64,000 bases of DNA from Klebsormidium nitens (GCA_000708835.1 DF237376.1:1-64000); one strand, 5' to 3'. Positions 47,869-60,066 are shown, numbered from the stretch's first letter. Numbers and translations are program-made. The notes: a model not told the origin generated them from the sequence alone.

Positions 47869-50143
47869 ATCTTTGTCAAGCACTTCCATTCCCAGATTGA
47901 GCATGCTCACTGGGGTCTCGAAAATCATTTTGCGGCGATGCAGGGTGAACTTGGACAGGGACTGCATCTTGGAAGCGTGCAAGGACCCTGATCAAGACTG
48001 GACTGTGCGCTTCAAGAGCCCTTTCCTCCAGGTTCGACACGGCTACATTTGTTTGAAACTTGACTTTCTCGCTTGCACAAGCGTCTGGTGTCTAAAACAG
48101 GAGAAGCAACTGAAAGTTCTTTCTGACTTTATGTCTCTACTCTTGTAGAGGCTTCTTACTGATCTACACATGCATCTTTAAAACAATTGGTCTCCGTTTC
48201 ACCTCATGTGAATGAGTCGGATCGAGGAACAATTGCAGCTGTCTTGGATCGAATCGCTACTCAGATCGAAATCCCAACCATCCTGCTTCTCTCATGCTTG
48301 CAGTCCGATGCTTGGTGGCTGGCCCCCCGCAATGGCCAACTTGTCTTTTGTGATTCGGACTCTGAGGTGAGACCAAAAGTTCTTGACTAATTTTTACTCG
48401 TAACAGTGTTATAAGACCTCAAAAATGCATAGGCTTGTAAGTTGCCGTCTGAAAATATCCGTGTGACGATTAGGCGCCATTAATCCGGCCTACCCCAAGA
48501 GTCTTATCTTCCCAGGTACTTTGCGCCGCAGTACACATCCGATGCCGTTCTCTCTTACAAAGGTCATACTTACCATCAGGATGTTTCAACTCTTCATTTG
48601 ATATTTCGAACATCTTCCTCTTTGAAGGAGACAAAGTGGACCGTCGAAGGGGATAACTTTGGGGACTGTCAACTCAAAAGCATCTGGTAAGGCAAGCTTA
48701 TGCAGCCAAAAGGTATCCGCGTCACCGCCCTGTCTCGTGCAGAAGGATAGGCTATCCATACATTTTGCCATGTCAAGTTTTTTCTCACGTGGATTGCCCC
48801 TGCCTAAGTGCTATCTTCGTGAAACGTTTGCACCCGCAAAACATTCAAGGTTGCCGTTGCCAAGCTCTCAAATAGCTCTTCAAAAGCACGCTTTCTCTTT
48901 CTCAAGTTAGTACCGAAGCATCATCACATCCTGTACGAAAGTTGTCACTTGACCACTTTCAAAAGCAGATCCGACGTCTTTTGCAGTGGAAACTGGTCGG
49001 CTACGGTGCGCTTTCTCTTCATGGCGTCAGAATGGTTTGATCCGGCCAATTTCCCGCTGTCTGAAGGCGGGCCTTATAAGCTGCAAAGCACAGCTTTGGC
49101 GGGGCTTCAGGAGCCGGTTCGCAAGAGAGTCATGTGAGTTTGTCAAGAGCTTCCAAAACATGTTGCAACGTTTGTGCCTGAAAATCACATGTTTCCGTTT
49201 TTCATTGATAGCTCAAGAGAACCAAACAAAGGCACATTGCTAAAGAGGAGACAAGAGGAGCGAGCAGGCTTGGTTGTTGGATACTCTCCCTCCTGAACTG
49301 CTTCGTCAAGTTTTGTGACGCATAACAAGTCTCATCAAAGCAGAGCGGTAGGTTGCAATCAGGCGGGCTTTATTTTCCTGAAAGAGCCCAGTCGCATTCA
49401 TCACCGTTCCATCGAGTCATCTTGATCAACCCGGGCGTTTTCACCAGAGTGGCAACGTCACCCTGATAGCAGTTCTATCGCCGGTAAAGCTTTTGGACTC
49501 TTGCATTGAAGAGAAAAACAGGGCTATTTTTGCGTGAAAGTGAAGGCCGATCAAGGTGCAGCTCGAAGTCTTGGATTGAAGCATTTGTATTAAGCTCTCT
49601 CACCATGCATCGATCTGCGTTCGAAAGTAAAGGGAGAGTGCAGCGCTCAGGTTGGAATTTGCGTTCAAGAGGCAGTGGTGGTGCACCTATCTGATAGATT
49701 AAGTTGCATACCTTCGCTCAAAAAGTTCCCGTGATTTCCTCCAGACACGAGTTCCCGGATCCGCCTGACCCTCAGAAACCAAGAGAGCCGCTGCGGGACG
49801 AAGAACAGAAAGTAGTCGACGCCGCCGTGAGACTTAACGACTACTTCCTACGGATGGATGTCGCAAAGGAAGCGCACACAGGGGCGGATATGGCACGGCA
49901 CTTCAGGAAAGTCGGAAAAGAGGTAGAGAGAGCTAGCAGAAGGCTTCCCAAAGAGGCGGCTTGAAAAGGGTAGAGGACGCCGTGCTTGAGCTAGACCGCC
50001 GTCTACAGGGCATCCCACTCGACCCACATTTGCAGGTCGTGGTTCCGCTGAGCAGCAGAGACCTTGTTCCGAAGGGTCGGTCGGATTACAAAGCTTTTGT
50101 GGAGGGGTTCATGATGGGCCTGACGATGTGGCTTCTCGAGTGA
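47869..50143 (+). pseudogene. Decayed exon-like coding remnants of unknown family, including an F-box-like LLDTLPPELLRQVL* fragment and a frameshifted ORF pair at 49704-50143
   Basis: Splice-flanked, protein-like segments at 48516-48562 and 48969-49134 are phase-compatible. In-frame stops occur after about 49310, and a -1 frame overlap occurs at 49961-49964. No family recognised. Confidence 0.3.
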
Positions 50144-51019
50144 GGGGTAGCGTCCTTTGAGGGTCCTCTGCAGTCTGTTTGCTTTGAATCGGGCTTGCTT
50201 GTTGTACATGGGGCTCGTAGTGCGCGCAAGCTTGCACAGCATCCGGTAGAGGGAGATAAGATCCTTGATGCATTGGAAGGAGCATTGAGAAAGGCAGCTT
50301 TAGCTTGCGAGTCGATAGTTTAAATAACTCAATCAGAGTGCGGTACGACTAGGGACATAAGGATCCTCCAGGTACTGTGACACTGTTCTTAAATGCATTG
50401 TCAATGTTTGCGATCGATCATGCATAAGCCAAACTGATTCCAATGCGATTCTCTAGGCTGCAGCAATGGCTAGGCATGAAGATGTAACCCGTTCTCAACC
50501 GGACGGACTCAAATGCTCGTGCATAAAATGTGGTGCGTTCTTGGAAATCTAGCCGTGTCAAAGGCTCTGCACTGCAAGCTGCAATCACCCATGGCCGGGT
50601 GCCAAAAGTCACATGATGTTTTTAGTATAGTGTTGAGACGAGCGGAAAGGAAACCAACGTACCGCTCGTTGCTTTCTTACACATGCTTGCCGATGGATGC
50701 TGCACGCAAACAATGACATGCAACATGCATCGAAATATGATACGGAGTGGCATCGCATGTACGGTCCGCCGGCCATGCACTGATTTCCGAAACTAAAGCG
50801 AACATTCAATATCGAGTTTATATGAGAATGATCAATGTTCTCTTGCACATACAGTCTCTCAGTCTACATGGGTTCTTGCCGATCTCCTGGGCGGCCGTTT
50901 AAAGACCAAACGAGTTATTTCGAGTACGGGTTGTGAAAGTTAGGCAGTCTCCCCTGTCACCGTTGAACCCTCGAAGGCATTTGAATTTGGAAACAATCCT
51001 GGTCCTAAAGGCCCTTTTG

Positions 51020-53800
51020 CTACTGCCGAACGTCGCAATCTCGCTTGTGTCCACTTTTCCAGTGAGTCTTTTGACAAGTTTGGCTGCAGTATCGGGCAAT
51101 CCTGCATCGACCGCATCTCATGAAGATCCCCCTTTGGTTCTCCGCTCGCGAACACGCCTGAGAGAGTGTACACGAGTAGGTTCAGCAAGGGAATCCGAAA
51201 CATCGGACAGAATCCAGATCTGCAACTCTCGTCCCCTTTTGAATCAACCGTGCATGTCTCACTAAGGGAAAATACTATCGCCGACCCTCGAACCAGAACC
51301 AGATGAACGGTTTAAGAGAGCAGCTTCGACGGGCCTCAGTTTCAGAATCGCATCTCCAACGAGTTCGAAGCTGCCTCATTCGCGGATGCCTTCAACCCGA
51401 GAATGCGAAAGAGCCGGCCACAACGGCCTTTGAAGGTACTAGTTCCACCGGTTGACAAGCCTCATAATACGACAACAAGCCACAACTCCCTCCGCGTTCT
51501 TTCGATCTCCAATCATTTGCCTTGAGTTCCCAAGGCGGGCGGGCCTACATGAATATCCTGCCGTAAGAATCAATCTGACCCACTTTGATGCACCATATCA
51601 ACAAGCTCTCTCAGCTGCTTCGTAAGGCAGAAATGCAGTTCCAGGGGAGTGACTTTTCGGCGACGGCCTTACCTGGTTGGCGCACTGTCGGAGCGAAAAC
51701 GCGGCCGCCACCAGCTCCCACACCGCCTCTACCCTGCTCGTCACGTCCGCAGCTTCCGGCGACAATTGCCCCTCCCGTTCCGCCCGGAAACGGAACCGTT
51801 GCAGCCGCTCCCGCTCCTCGATGATCGAAACGAAATGGGGGACGCCCTCTCCCTCGCAAAAGGCTACGAAGTTCGCTGCCGAGGGAGTGCGAGCGCCGCC
51901 CGGGACGGCTGCGCGGAGGTCCGAGAGGTAGCCCGGGTCCCACTTCCCGGCCACGTCTTTCCGGCTGCTGCAGAGCTCATTTCCACGATGCGGACGTGCC
52001 CCGCGAGCCGGTCGAACTCCTCGGAGTGGCACCGCAGTATGCGCTGATTCGATTCGAAGTGGGGGAGGACCGCGTCCTTGACACCACGCCAGTTGCCCAC
52101 CAGCTGCCGGACGAAGAGGTGCAGCAGCTCTGGTGTCAAGAAGGCGCTCGGCTGGACGTCCAACTTGGAGCAGAGAGTCAGGAGCGGGAGAGGGTTTAGC
52201 TGCTCGTGAAACGTCGGCCCCGCCGCATGCGCCGCGATCTTGAAGACCCACCCGAGCGCCCCTTCTCTCACCAGCGCTTCCTTCACGGCATTCTCCTGGG
52301 CGATGGTGCTGCTGCCACGTGGCACTCGGAGGGGCGCTAGGACGCACAGCGCAAAGTCCTCGGTCGCGTCCAGGGACAGCTGCCGCGCTTCTGCGAAGCG
52401 CTTGCAGACCTCCAGAAAGCGCTGGTCGTTCAGAATGGCGGCCAGGGATGCCCACGTGGCGCCAGCACATTGGCCGACAGTGGTCAGCGCCAGCACGTCC
52501 CCCGTATCGGTCGAAGCCCACCGCTGCAGCTGTAATCACGACAGGAGGCGTGCGCCGACCTCCTCTAGCTGACTGAACGTCGATTATGGAAGGGCCTCTG
52601 ACCGAGCCAGTTCTGCTCTAGTAAGGTTGAATAGGATGAAGATCATGGTGGCTGAGAGATCGGGGTGGACGGCTCGCCAGTAGTTCTCCAGCCCTTCAGA
52701 AACGGGAAGCACGAGAGGGGACAGGCAAAGCTGCCTGTGCAGATCAGCCTGGCAGTAGTCCTCGTCTTGCCGCCGCTTTGCAAAGAAGGTGGCGAGCTGC
52801 GTGATGACGTCTACCAGGCGGGCTATGTCCGGAGGGCTCTCTTGGAGGGCCTCCTGCAATGCGCTGAAAGTCATGAAGGGCGAATCCGCGATCAAAATGG
52901 AAGGCTCCCTCGCGCCGTCACCCCTTGCCGCCTCCCGCCCCAAATTCTCTGCCGGAAACGTTTGTGAGTGATTCGTCAGCCGTTCCAGGAATAGCTGCCG
53001 CTGCGTGCCGTGTCCAGGAATGTGCTTCAGCATTGTCCGCACTCGCTCGACACTCGGCCGGAAATCAAAGACCCCCTTGGACCCGTCCGCCAGAATGTCG
53101 AACAGCCCCAGAATGGCGTCCACACAGGTCTGAAGGACGTCGCCCGTTTCTGACATCAGCAGTGTCCTGTTATTGGGGTCTTCGAAAACTTGCTGCATCC
53201 GCTCCAGAAGCGCGGCCCCCCAGGCGGCAGCCTTTGATGCCAGCTCAGGTGACTTTCCTGTGTGGACCCTTGCGGCGAGGCACATATCGCAGGCGAGATG
53301 CACAGCCATAGAGACAAAGTCCAGACCGCTGAGCAATAGACGTTCTGCTTCTGTGAACCTGGGGCAGGCCTGTTCGAGCGGCAGTGTCTCAAGCAGCCTT
53401 TCCAACACTCCGATCTGCAGCCACTTGGATGCGAGGTCTTTCTGCGACTTGCAGAGGAGAATGGCGGTCGTGATCAGGTTGCTGGCGCTCATCAGGCTAA
53501 GGTAATTGTAAGGGGGCTCCGAGGCTTGCGCAACGAGCGAGGGAAGCTCCTGGAAGAATGCTGCCAGGGTGTCTGCAGCCCCGCACTCAAGGAGAGTTTG
53601 TGTGGGCTTTGGGAAGTGTGCGCTCGAGGCAATCAGCTTGGACATATAGTACACAAGGGAAGGCTCTTTGGTGAGCAGCTTTAGCAAAGATTTCAAGATG
53701 ATCTCGACAGTTTCTGAGTTTTGACAGAGAGCGAGGATTTGCCTGAAAGCTTTTGTTGGTAATCTCAGCGACAACACGGCTGCCCGACTCTCTGATAACC
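51020..53800 (-). pseudogene. Helical-repeat (ARM-like) + C-terminal MYND zinc-finger gene, apparently disrupted
   Basis: The terminal exon 51157-51020 is spliced in phase 0 from the donor at 51672, giving CANQ|ACSRAENQRGIFMRCGRCRIARYCSQTCQKTHWKSGHKRDC (MYND). The upstream long exon has an in-frame TAA (52586-52584), a second in-frame TGA about 48 nt downstream, and a frameshift near 51960. I found no phase-compatible intron that removes these lesions. The 5' end is uncertain. Confidence 0.7.
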
Positions 53801-54092
53801 TTGCGTAGCCATCAGTGACTGGGGTTTGAAAGCGACGGATCGAAAAAAAACGCAAGTTTAGATTGATTGATTGAGAGAGATATCTTCGGAGCTGACTCTG
53901 GAAGACAAACGCAGAATATCGACTAAGCGTACCGAACCGCGTCGCTGCTCTCGTGCTGTTGCGACAGGGCAAGAACATAGGAATCTGCCACGTGTAAGGA
54001 TTGACGGTCGTCGATATCGGTTCCATGATTTACGGCGGTACACTGCCGAAGACTTTTATTATATAGATTTGGAAGGTTCCGTAAACGTACGC

Positions 54093-54173
54093 GCTCTTTT
54101 TAGCCCAGACGGCAAAGAGTTTGGTCGGACGGCTCGAGCCTCGAGGTCCAGGGTTCGAATCCTGGCAGGAACG
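54093..54173 (+). pseudogene. tRNA-like relic (degenerate tRNA or SINE head)
   Basis: A-box-like TAGCCCAGACGG and B-box GGTTCGAATCC within the CCAGG..CCTGG T-arm. The acceptor and anticodon stems are poorly paired. Confidence 0.4.
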
Positions 54174-54488
54174 TCAGTTCTTCGGGACTCGAGTCTCAAC
54201 CCCTAAAAGGGATGTCGTGGACACGTGTCGAATTCCTATGTTCTTGCCTGTCGTGAACCATCGCGAGACAGCTTCGATGCAATTTGTCGAAAGCGTTACA
54301 TGCGTTACATATATACATGTCATTCTATATAATTATTCGATTTCGATTTCGATACACCATGTGTGACATATATAAGAGACATATATCCCTGGTGATGTCA
54401 CAGAACAAATGTGCAGCATCTTCAAATTCACCTTGGTCAAAAGCAGTCCGAAACATCGGATGCATTTGGTGGCATGTTATCTTTCTGC

Positions 54489-54591
54489 GCTCGGCTAGCT
54501 CAGCTGGCTAGAGTGCAGTTCGATACAACTGCCACGTGCCTTCCACTTGTGGTTGGCCCGAAGGTCCGCGGGTCAAATCCCGTAGTTTGCA
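54489..54591 (+). pseudogene. tRNA-like relic with an intron-like insert (degenerate, Ile-like)
   Basis: A-box TAGCTCAGCTGG, then AGAG, an insert, GCCCGAAGGTC and a defective B-box GGTCAAATCC that lacks one T. The stems are imperfect. Confidence 0.4.
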
Positions 54592-55409
54592 ACTTTCTCT
54601 GGACGGAGGGGTTGGCCTGCCTCCTTTCGGAATTTTCTGTGGATCTGGCTAAAGGTCATTCAAGTATGCCTGGCTGCGGAGAAAATCTTCGCTAGCCGGC
54701 GCAGAAAGATAACCCGAAGTCACCACTTGAATATATAAGGCCATTTTCAACCTGTTTGCCGGCGTTCCGTCCGCTGCGCTTCCTTTGTTTCCGGCGCGCA
54801 GAATCGCGATTTATTGTTGAAAGTGGCGAAGCCGTAGGAATGGGTTTGAAACCGTCGCTGTACGACTTGGCATTTCTCTAGAGGTTTCGCGGCACTATCG
54901 AAGACTTACGGACCCTTAAAACTCCTCCCCGCATACGCAGAGAAGAACTCCCAAGTCCCGACTTACATTTATTTAGTTTGCGATACATTGTTTGCGATTC
55001 ATCGAGGCCGTTTGCCTCGAATATCGACCGTGCTCGTCACTCGTCGTTTTTCGGCGCGTCGGTCGTAGTCCGTATGCAAATTTTATACACTCTCAACCGT
55101 TGCTTCATACGGCTGTGCCAACTCTGGACGGTCACGATTGCGCGATCGTTTAAATCCAAAATGGCATGGCTTACGGAGCAGAAGGCTCCCGTTCTAGTTT
55201 TTCCGTCGTTTTGGATGAAGGCAAAATAAAAACGACCTCTATTTTAAAACTGGAGTTGCCACCCCGTGTTTCGGCCATATGCTTATGACGGCCGCCTCAT
55301 ACGGTTAAGACCACCGACTCATACTTGGTATGGTCCAAACCTCATGACTTATGATCGACGCCGCATATGGCAATATGAGGTTTTGTTCATAATATCGGTG
55401 AGACTGGGT

Positions 55410-55457
55410 TGACTCGGTGACTCGGTGACTCGGTGACTCGGTTGACTCGGTGACTCT
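55410..55457. repeat. (GACTCGGT)n minisatellite, about 5-6 units
   Basis: TGACTCGGTGACTCGGTGACTCGGTGACTCGGTTGACTCGGTGACTC read directly. Confidence 0.85.
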
Positions 55458-55475
55458 GGCACCGTGACTGCCAAG

Positions 55476-55609
55476 CCGCGGCCGGTCGGCTGCGCAATCG
55501 TCCATCCGACCCGGCCGCGGCCATTTAAAATGTAGGGCGCAAACCTCGATTGCAAAACCCTGGACGTACCACATTTCGGCGGGCGCCCGCCAAGCGCGCG
55601 GCCGGTGCC
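55476..55609 (+). repeat. Dispersed GC-rich palindromic element, copy 2
   Basis: Inverted repeat CCGCGGCCGGTCGG...CCGACCCGGCCGCGG and the perfect palindrome GGCGGGCGCCCGCC at 55578-55591. Homologous to 47056-47173. Confidence 0.7.
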
Positions 55610-56118
55610 ATCTTTGCGGCAATGGTTGACGCGGGCCAGCCGCGCCAACTTCGGAAATCATTGGATTGAGCTACTACTACGCTGGGATTGCCATGCAAGG
55701 CGCATGCTGTACAACGAGCTCGACAGGAACGCTCCTTGATGCTGTTGCCTTCCCACCGATTCCTCCTTTCTCTGATTCTGCCGATCAGGATCTATTTACT
55801 GCCATGTTCCGGTTTTTCTGCACCGCTCGCCGGGCCCTCACTTTGGGTCAACTCCAAGAAGCAACGAGAATGACAAAGAAGGTAAGCAATTTTTCCTTAA
55901 CTTCAACCTCTAGATCATGTTGTGTTCTTTGTCAGGTCTCCACCAATGTTGGTCTAGTGGTAGATTTAGATCGAGGCTGGTTGGTTTGAGGAGCACAGGG
56001 CAAGCACAAAGGCTTCTGTAAATGGAGAGGTAGCCAAGAAAGAGACTTTGGAAGGATTTTCTGCGCTTAATATGGACCAGGAGTCTTAGCCAGCCGGTAA
56101 TTGTTGCAGGTAGGAGCA

Positions 56119-57895
56119 ATGGCATACTCCAGTGATGCGTCGGAGCGCGTTCGTTTCTTCATCACCCAGGTAATGACAAGCTTTCCACAAATCGTGTACT
56201 GGGCGATAGAAACTCTATGTTTGGGGTTGCAGGTGTTCATCTAATGGAATCTTCTTGACTGTGTTGCCGTAATGGAACTTGTCAGAAATTGTCATACTGT
56301 TACCAAGGAGCCGAAGCTGCCTTCGTTGTGACGTTTCTGTTCAAGTCATTGACGCTTCAGTCCACACAGAACGCCTTCTTGAATTTATCTGAGCCTGTGA
56401 TGTAGATCTCAATCATAGTATGAAGCTCCCATTTACATGATAGACGCAGGTGTTGTCAGCATTGTGGAGTTACGTGCTCGTTTAAGTTTCTCTCTGTGCT
56501 TTTGTCAGGGGCTGCCAGCGGATCTGGCGGAGAGCCTCGGAAAGAAGCGCCGAAGCCAGGACGTGGTAGTGTGGTTTCTGCGGGAGAAACTTGCCCAGGA
56601 GAAGGTGCTGTCAGATCACCATCAGGAACTTTCGGCGGTGAGGCAGGCCGCAATGGAGTATCTCGAGGAGCTGGCAACGGCTAAAGAGCAGCGGGCGGAG
56701 CTGCGGGGGCAGCTGAAACTCACGCGGATGGAGTTTCTCCGGACGCGGGGGAAACTAAATTCCAGGGGCCTGCTGGGTATGCCCCATCTTCTTAGTTCAC
56801 TTTGTAGCTCGTCATCCAAAGTTATGCAAATGATGCAGGGAACCAGGTCTGAACGAGGTAGAACTGGTGGAAGTTATGGACAAGCATCTCGTCGGGGAAG
56901 AGATGCACTTCATCTTCAACATCTAGGGAAAGGAAGCCTGGTTCGGCTTCTGTTGCAGAGTCCTGTTAATGCAGAGTGGCTGTACCACTTGCCATGGAAC
57001 TAGAAGTAGTATGTTCCTCTGTCTTGGAATGCATGCACCTTAAAATGCTAAGCTACTGTTTTGCATCCCGCGAGCGCAACGGCATGCTGCATGCGAGAAC
57101 CGTCCCCTTTCACTCTGGGTGTGAAGTACTTGTTTGTGATGTTTTGACATTCCAGGACTTCAGCCGAAGGGGTAGGCAACAGTGGCAGCTCTTTAGGCTC
57201 ATTTGCGTGTGCTTCGTTATGGCCAATCGCAAGTGGGCACTCTGGATCTGTTGTGGTATAAGTTCGAGAATCCAGTCATATACTCTGTCTGCTTCATTTG
57301 GTTCGCTTGGCTCATGGTGACATCATCAGGACTGCTATCCTGCGTTTTTCCGAGAGGTCACGCACATGAGTTTTCTGCATTCTTTACAATTATTGGCTGG
57401 CTTACATAACCTTTCTTTTGCAGAACACATCAGCGACGATCTTTACGAGGCCCTCCCAGCCCCCCCCCCACTACCTCCGGAAGGGTCACCCGGAGGGACA
57501 GATTCGCCGCAGTCCTTGGTGATCCTGCATACGTGGGGCTCCTGGACGCGCTGAACAAGCTGGAGAAGGTCTCCCCCGCTACGTGGGCCGCGCGCTTCCT
57601 TGCGATGTATGCCACCCTCTCGAGTCATATCCATGACTTCCAGACTCCGGAGGAGTGGCGGAACTCCGGCGCGCGCCTGGTTATCGCAGAGGGGCCGCTG
57701 ACCAGCAGGGATTGTCGGGTGCTCGACACCACCTGCCTATACTTCGATATCGACCACATTGTTCATTGGGCGGCCAGGACGTCGTCGGGTCAGTTTTTGT
57801 CCTTACCTCTGAGCAGGAAATCAAACTTGAGTTTACTTGTGCCCTTGTCTGATGTTGAAACCCCCTTATCAGCAAACCCCCTTATTAGCAAGTGA
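56119..57895 (+). pseudogene. Orphan coiled-coil protein gene with a 1-nt frameshift in a C10 run (pseudogene or assembly error)
   Basis: Exons 56119-56169, 56509-56776 and 57424 onwards are phase-consistent (MAYSSDASERVRFFITQ|GLPADLA...RGKLNSRGLL|EHISDDLY). The natural continuation (TTSGRVTRRDRF...MYATLSSHIH...CLYFDIDH) is in the -1 frame after C10 at 57460-57469. Confidence 0.6.
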
Positions 57896-58250
57896 AGGTT
57901 TGTTGGGCAAGTTTATGCGATCTGTGGAGATGGTCAGAGCCCCTCATGAGGAAAGCTTGTAGTAAGTGTCGTTGCTCTGGTAGGATGTCCCAAGTCACGT
58001 ATTCCGGATAAGCCTCCCAACCTTCATGCAAATGAGGTTCTCATTAACAAATTTTTTCCGTGCAGTGGAGGACGGTTTGGAGGAGGATTTGGGAAAAGGG
58101 TGAGAGTACACCTTTTTGAGAGCTGGCGGAATTTTTGGAAGAGATAATGTTGCAGATTGCCAGTCTGGGTTGCGTTGAGATGCGTAAGTCAAAGTCTGTA
58201 GGGCAGATGTCGGCGAAAGAGTTACTGAGACCTTGAACTCTAGTATCGCA

Positions 58251-60066
58251 GACATTGAGGCGGATTGTTGCAGAGGACCTCCCGAAGACGGTGCAACGCA
58301 AGTTCGCGGGAGAGACGCTGGGGCCCAACGCAGCAGGGGGTAAGTTACTAAAGACACAGGCTCCGTGCAGAAGGTTGACTGATGTGTACTTTCTCTCTGA
58401 TAGGCGTCTGTCAACCGGCGAAGTGGACAACCCCTCGTTCTCCTGTAAACATTGTTTTCCACGTGTGGTGTCTCAGCCCTGCTCGATTGCATGACGAATC
58501 TGACATCCCACTACAGCTTTGGATAGATGGTAGAGTTTGAAAATCTACCATTGACAAAAGGGGGTCTCTAGGTATCTGATTGAGCTTCTTCATTGACCAA
58601 GTAGATTCATAGGTGCAAAAGTGACCAATAGCAAGAAGTGGGCATTCCAATGTCCGCATTTGACCTTACGACAACTGAGGAGCTCACTCCTGGGGCTTGA
58701 GTACACGTAATTCCGTGACGATCGGTAACTTCATGCGTCACAGGCGCAAGCAGTAGCATGTAGCAGGTGCAGAAAGGTAGGCTTGCACAAGCCCACGTGT
58801 TTCCTCCCATTCACTGGACATTGGCTCACGTGTCCCCTTCTCAGGCCGCCACGATGGGGCCGATGAGCAGTTGGAGGAGGTGCGGAATCTGGACGACCGC
58901 GCCGGCGCTGCGGACACCGTGGTGCCCGGGAGCACGGGGGGGGTGTCACTCGAGACGCAGCTTCAGCATTCGACAGGTCAGTCACGCGAAATGCCATCTT
59001 GTATGGCCTGCCAACAGCAACCGTTCTCTAAGGGGCATCTTTCGCTTCGTCTTCTTATGGCGTGTCATTGGCTTGCCTTTGTTGAATGACGATCCTTAGC
59101 GTTCGATGGCGGATCTGCTCGGTTGGGTCGTTTGCGGGGCTCTGCGCGCCTGCTTGAATTGGCTCGCTTCGACGTCGAAAACCTAGATTTTAACTCGCGG
59201 GGGGTATGGCCAGGTGCGATTTAGAGCTCGACCGAAATTCGTGCATTGCCACGTAGCTGGTGAAATGTCGAAAATTTTCGTTTCGGAAGGATTTGTGTTA
59301 CAATTGATATTCGTGAAAGAGATATGGTACGACACTGCCGGCTGCCGTCGTGGGTTCGATAAGCTGTTGCTGGAGAGTTGTGCAATTGTCGGACGATCTC
59401 CCCAGTTTGCAATTACATAAGGGCTGCCGGTCTGGGATATCGTGCTTTGTCGTGATTCGGTGGCTGTGCCGCTGAACCCTGTTTAAATCTGGGTCAGGGG
59501 AGGTTAATCATTGCACGGTCCGATACTCCATAGAGACCTCGTCGGTTGAAGTCAAAAGCCGGGTTAATTTGTCTTGGACCCTGTCAGTCTGCAATTCCAA
59601 GGCAAGCCGGTGTTCTCCGTAGGAAAACCCTAAATCTAGCTTCTTCTCGTTCCCGTTAGATGGCCCCGCTCTTATCTGGTGGCGGTTCTGCCAAGTTTCT
59701 AGCTTCGAGAACTTAACCGAGCCCTTCATGTATGGAGCTTCTCTTGCTATGACTTGCTAGCGCAAATCTCTCGCAACGGTTACGATCACGTAGCTCGGAC
59801 ACAAGCATCGATGAATGCCGGGCTGAAAAAGAAAGGCACCGTTCCTTCCGCTAAAGCCACGCTCTGACCTGTCTTAGGCCGCCACGAGGAGGGGACGGAG
59901 ACCAATGCCAATGACGCGCGCGCGCTCAATGGGGAGAACGAGCGCATCAAGAACCTGCCGGGAAACGGGGAGCGGGAATGAGAGAACCATGCACGGGCTG
60001 GTGAGACGGTGAACGGGGCCCCGCGGAAGTAGTCGCTCAAGGCGTATCTTCATTGTCGAGCTCGGT
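58251..60066 (+). pseudogene. Degraded Em/LEA1 paralog (three Em-like units)
   Basis: Unit A 58251-58373 (DIEA...AGETLGPNAAGGK). Unit B 58845-58976 is an intact phase 1-1 exon (GRH...LDDRAGAADTVVPGSTGGVSLETQL). Unit C 59878-60064 (GRH...ERIKNLP...RAGETV) has stops at 59979 and 60030. The AG|GCCGCCAC acceptors are the same as in the intact gene at 18351-20793. Confidence 0.8.

Noticed and set aside
53861-53874. (GATT)3 as a second retroposon tail
   Set aside because: Too short, and no AATAAA, stem-loop or TSD was found.
55305-55345. CGGCCATA / CTCATAC segments resembling the 5' end of 5S rRNA
   Set aside because: The similarity is limited to a few bases, and there is no internal promoter or 5S fold.
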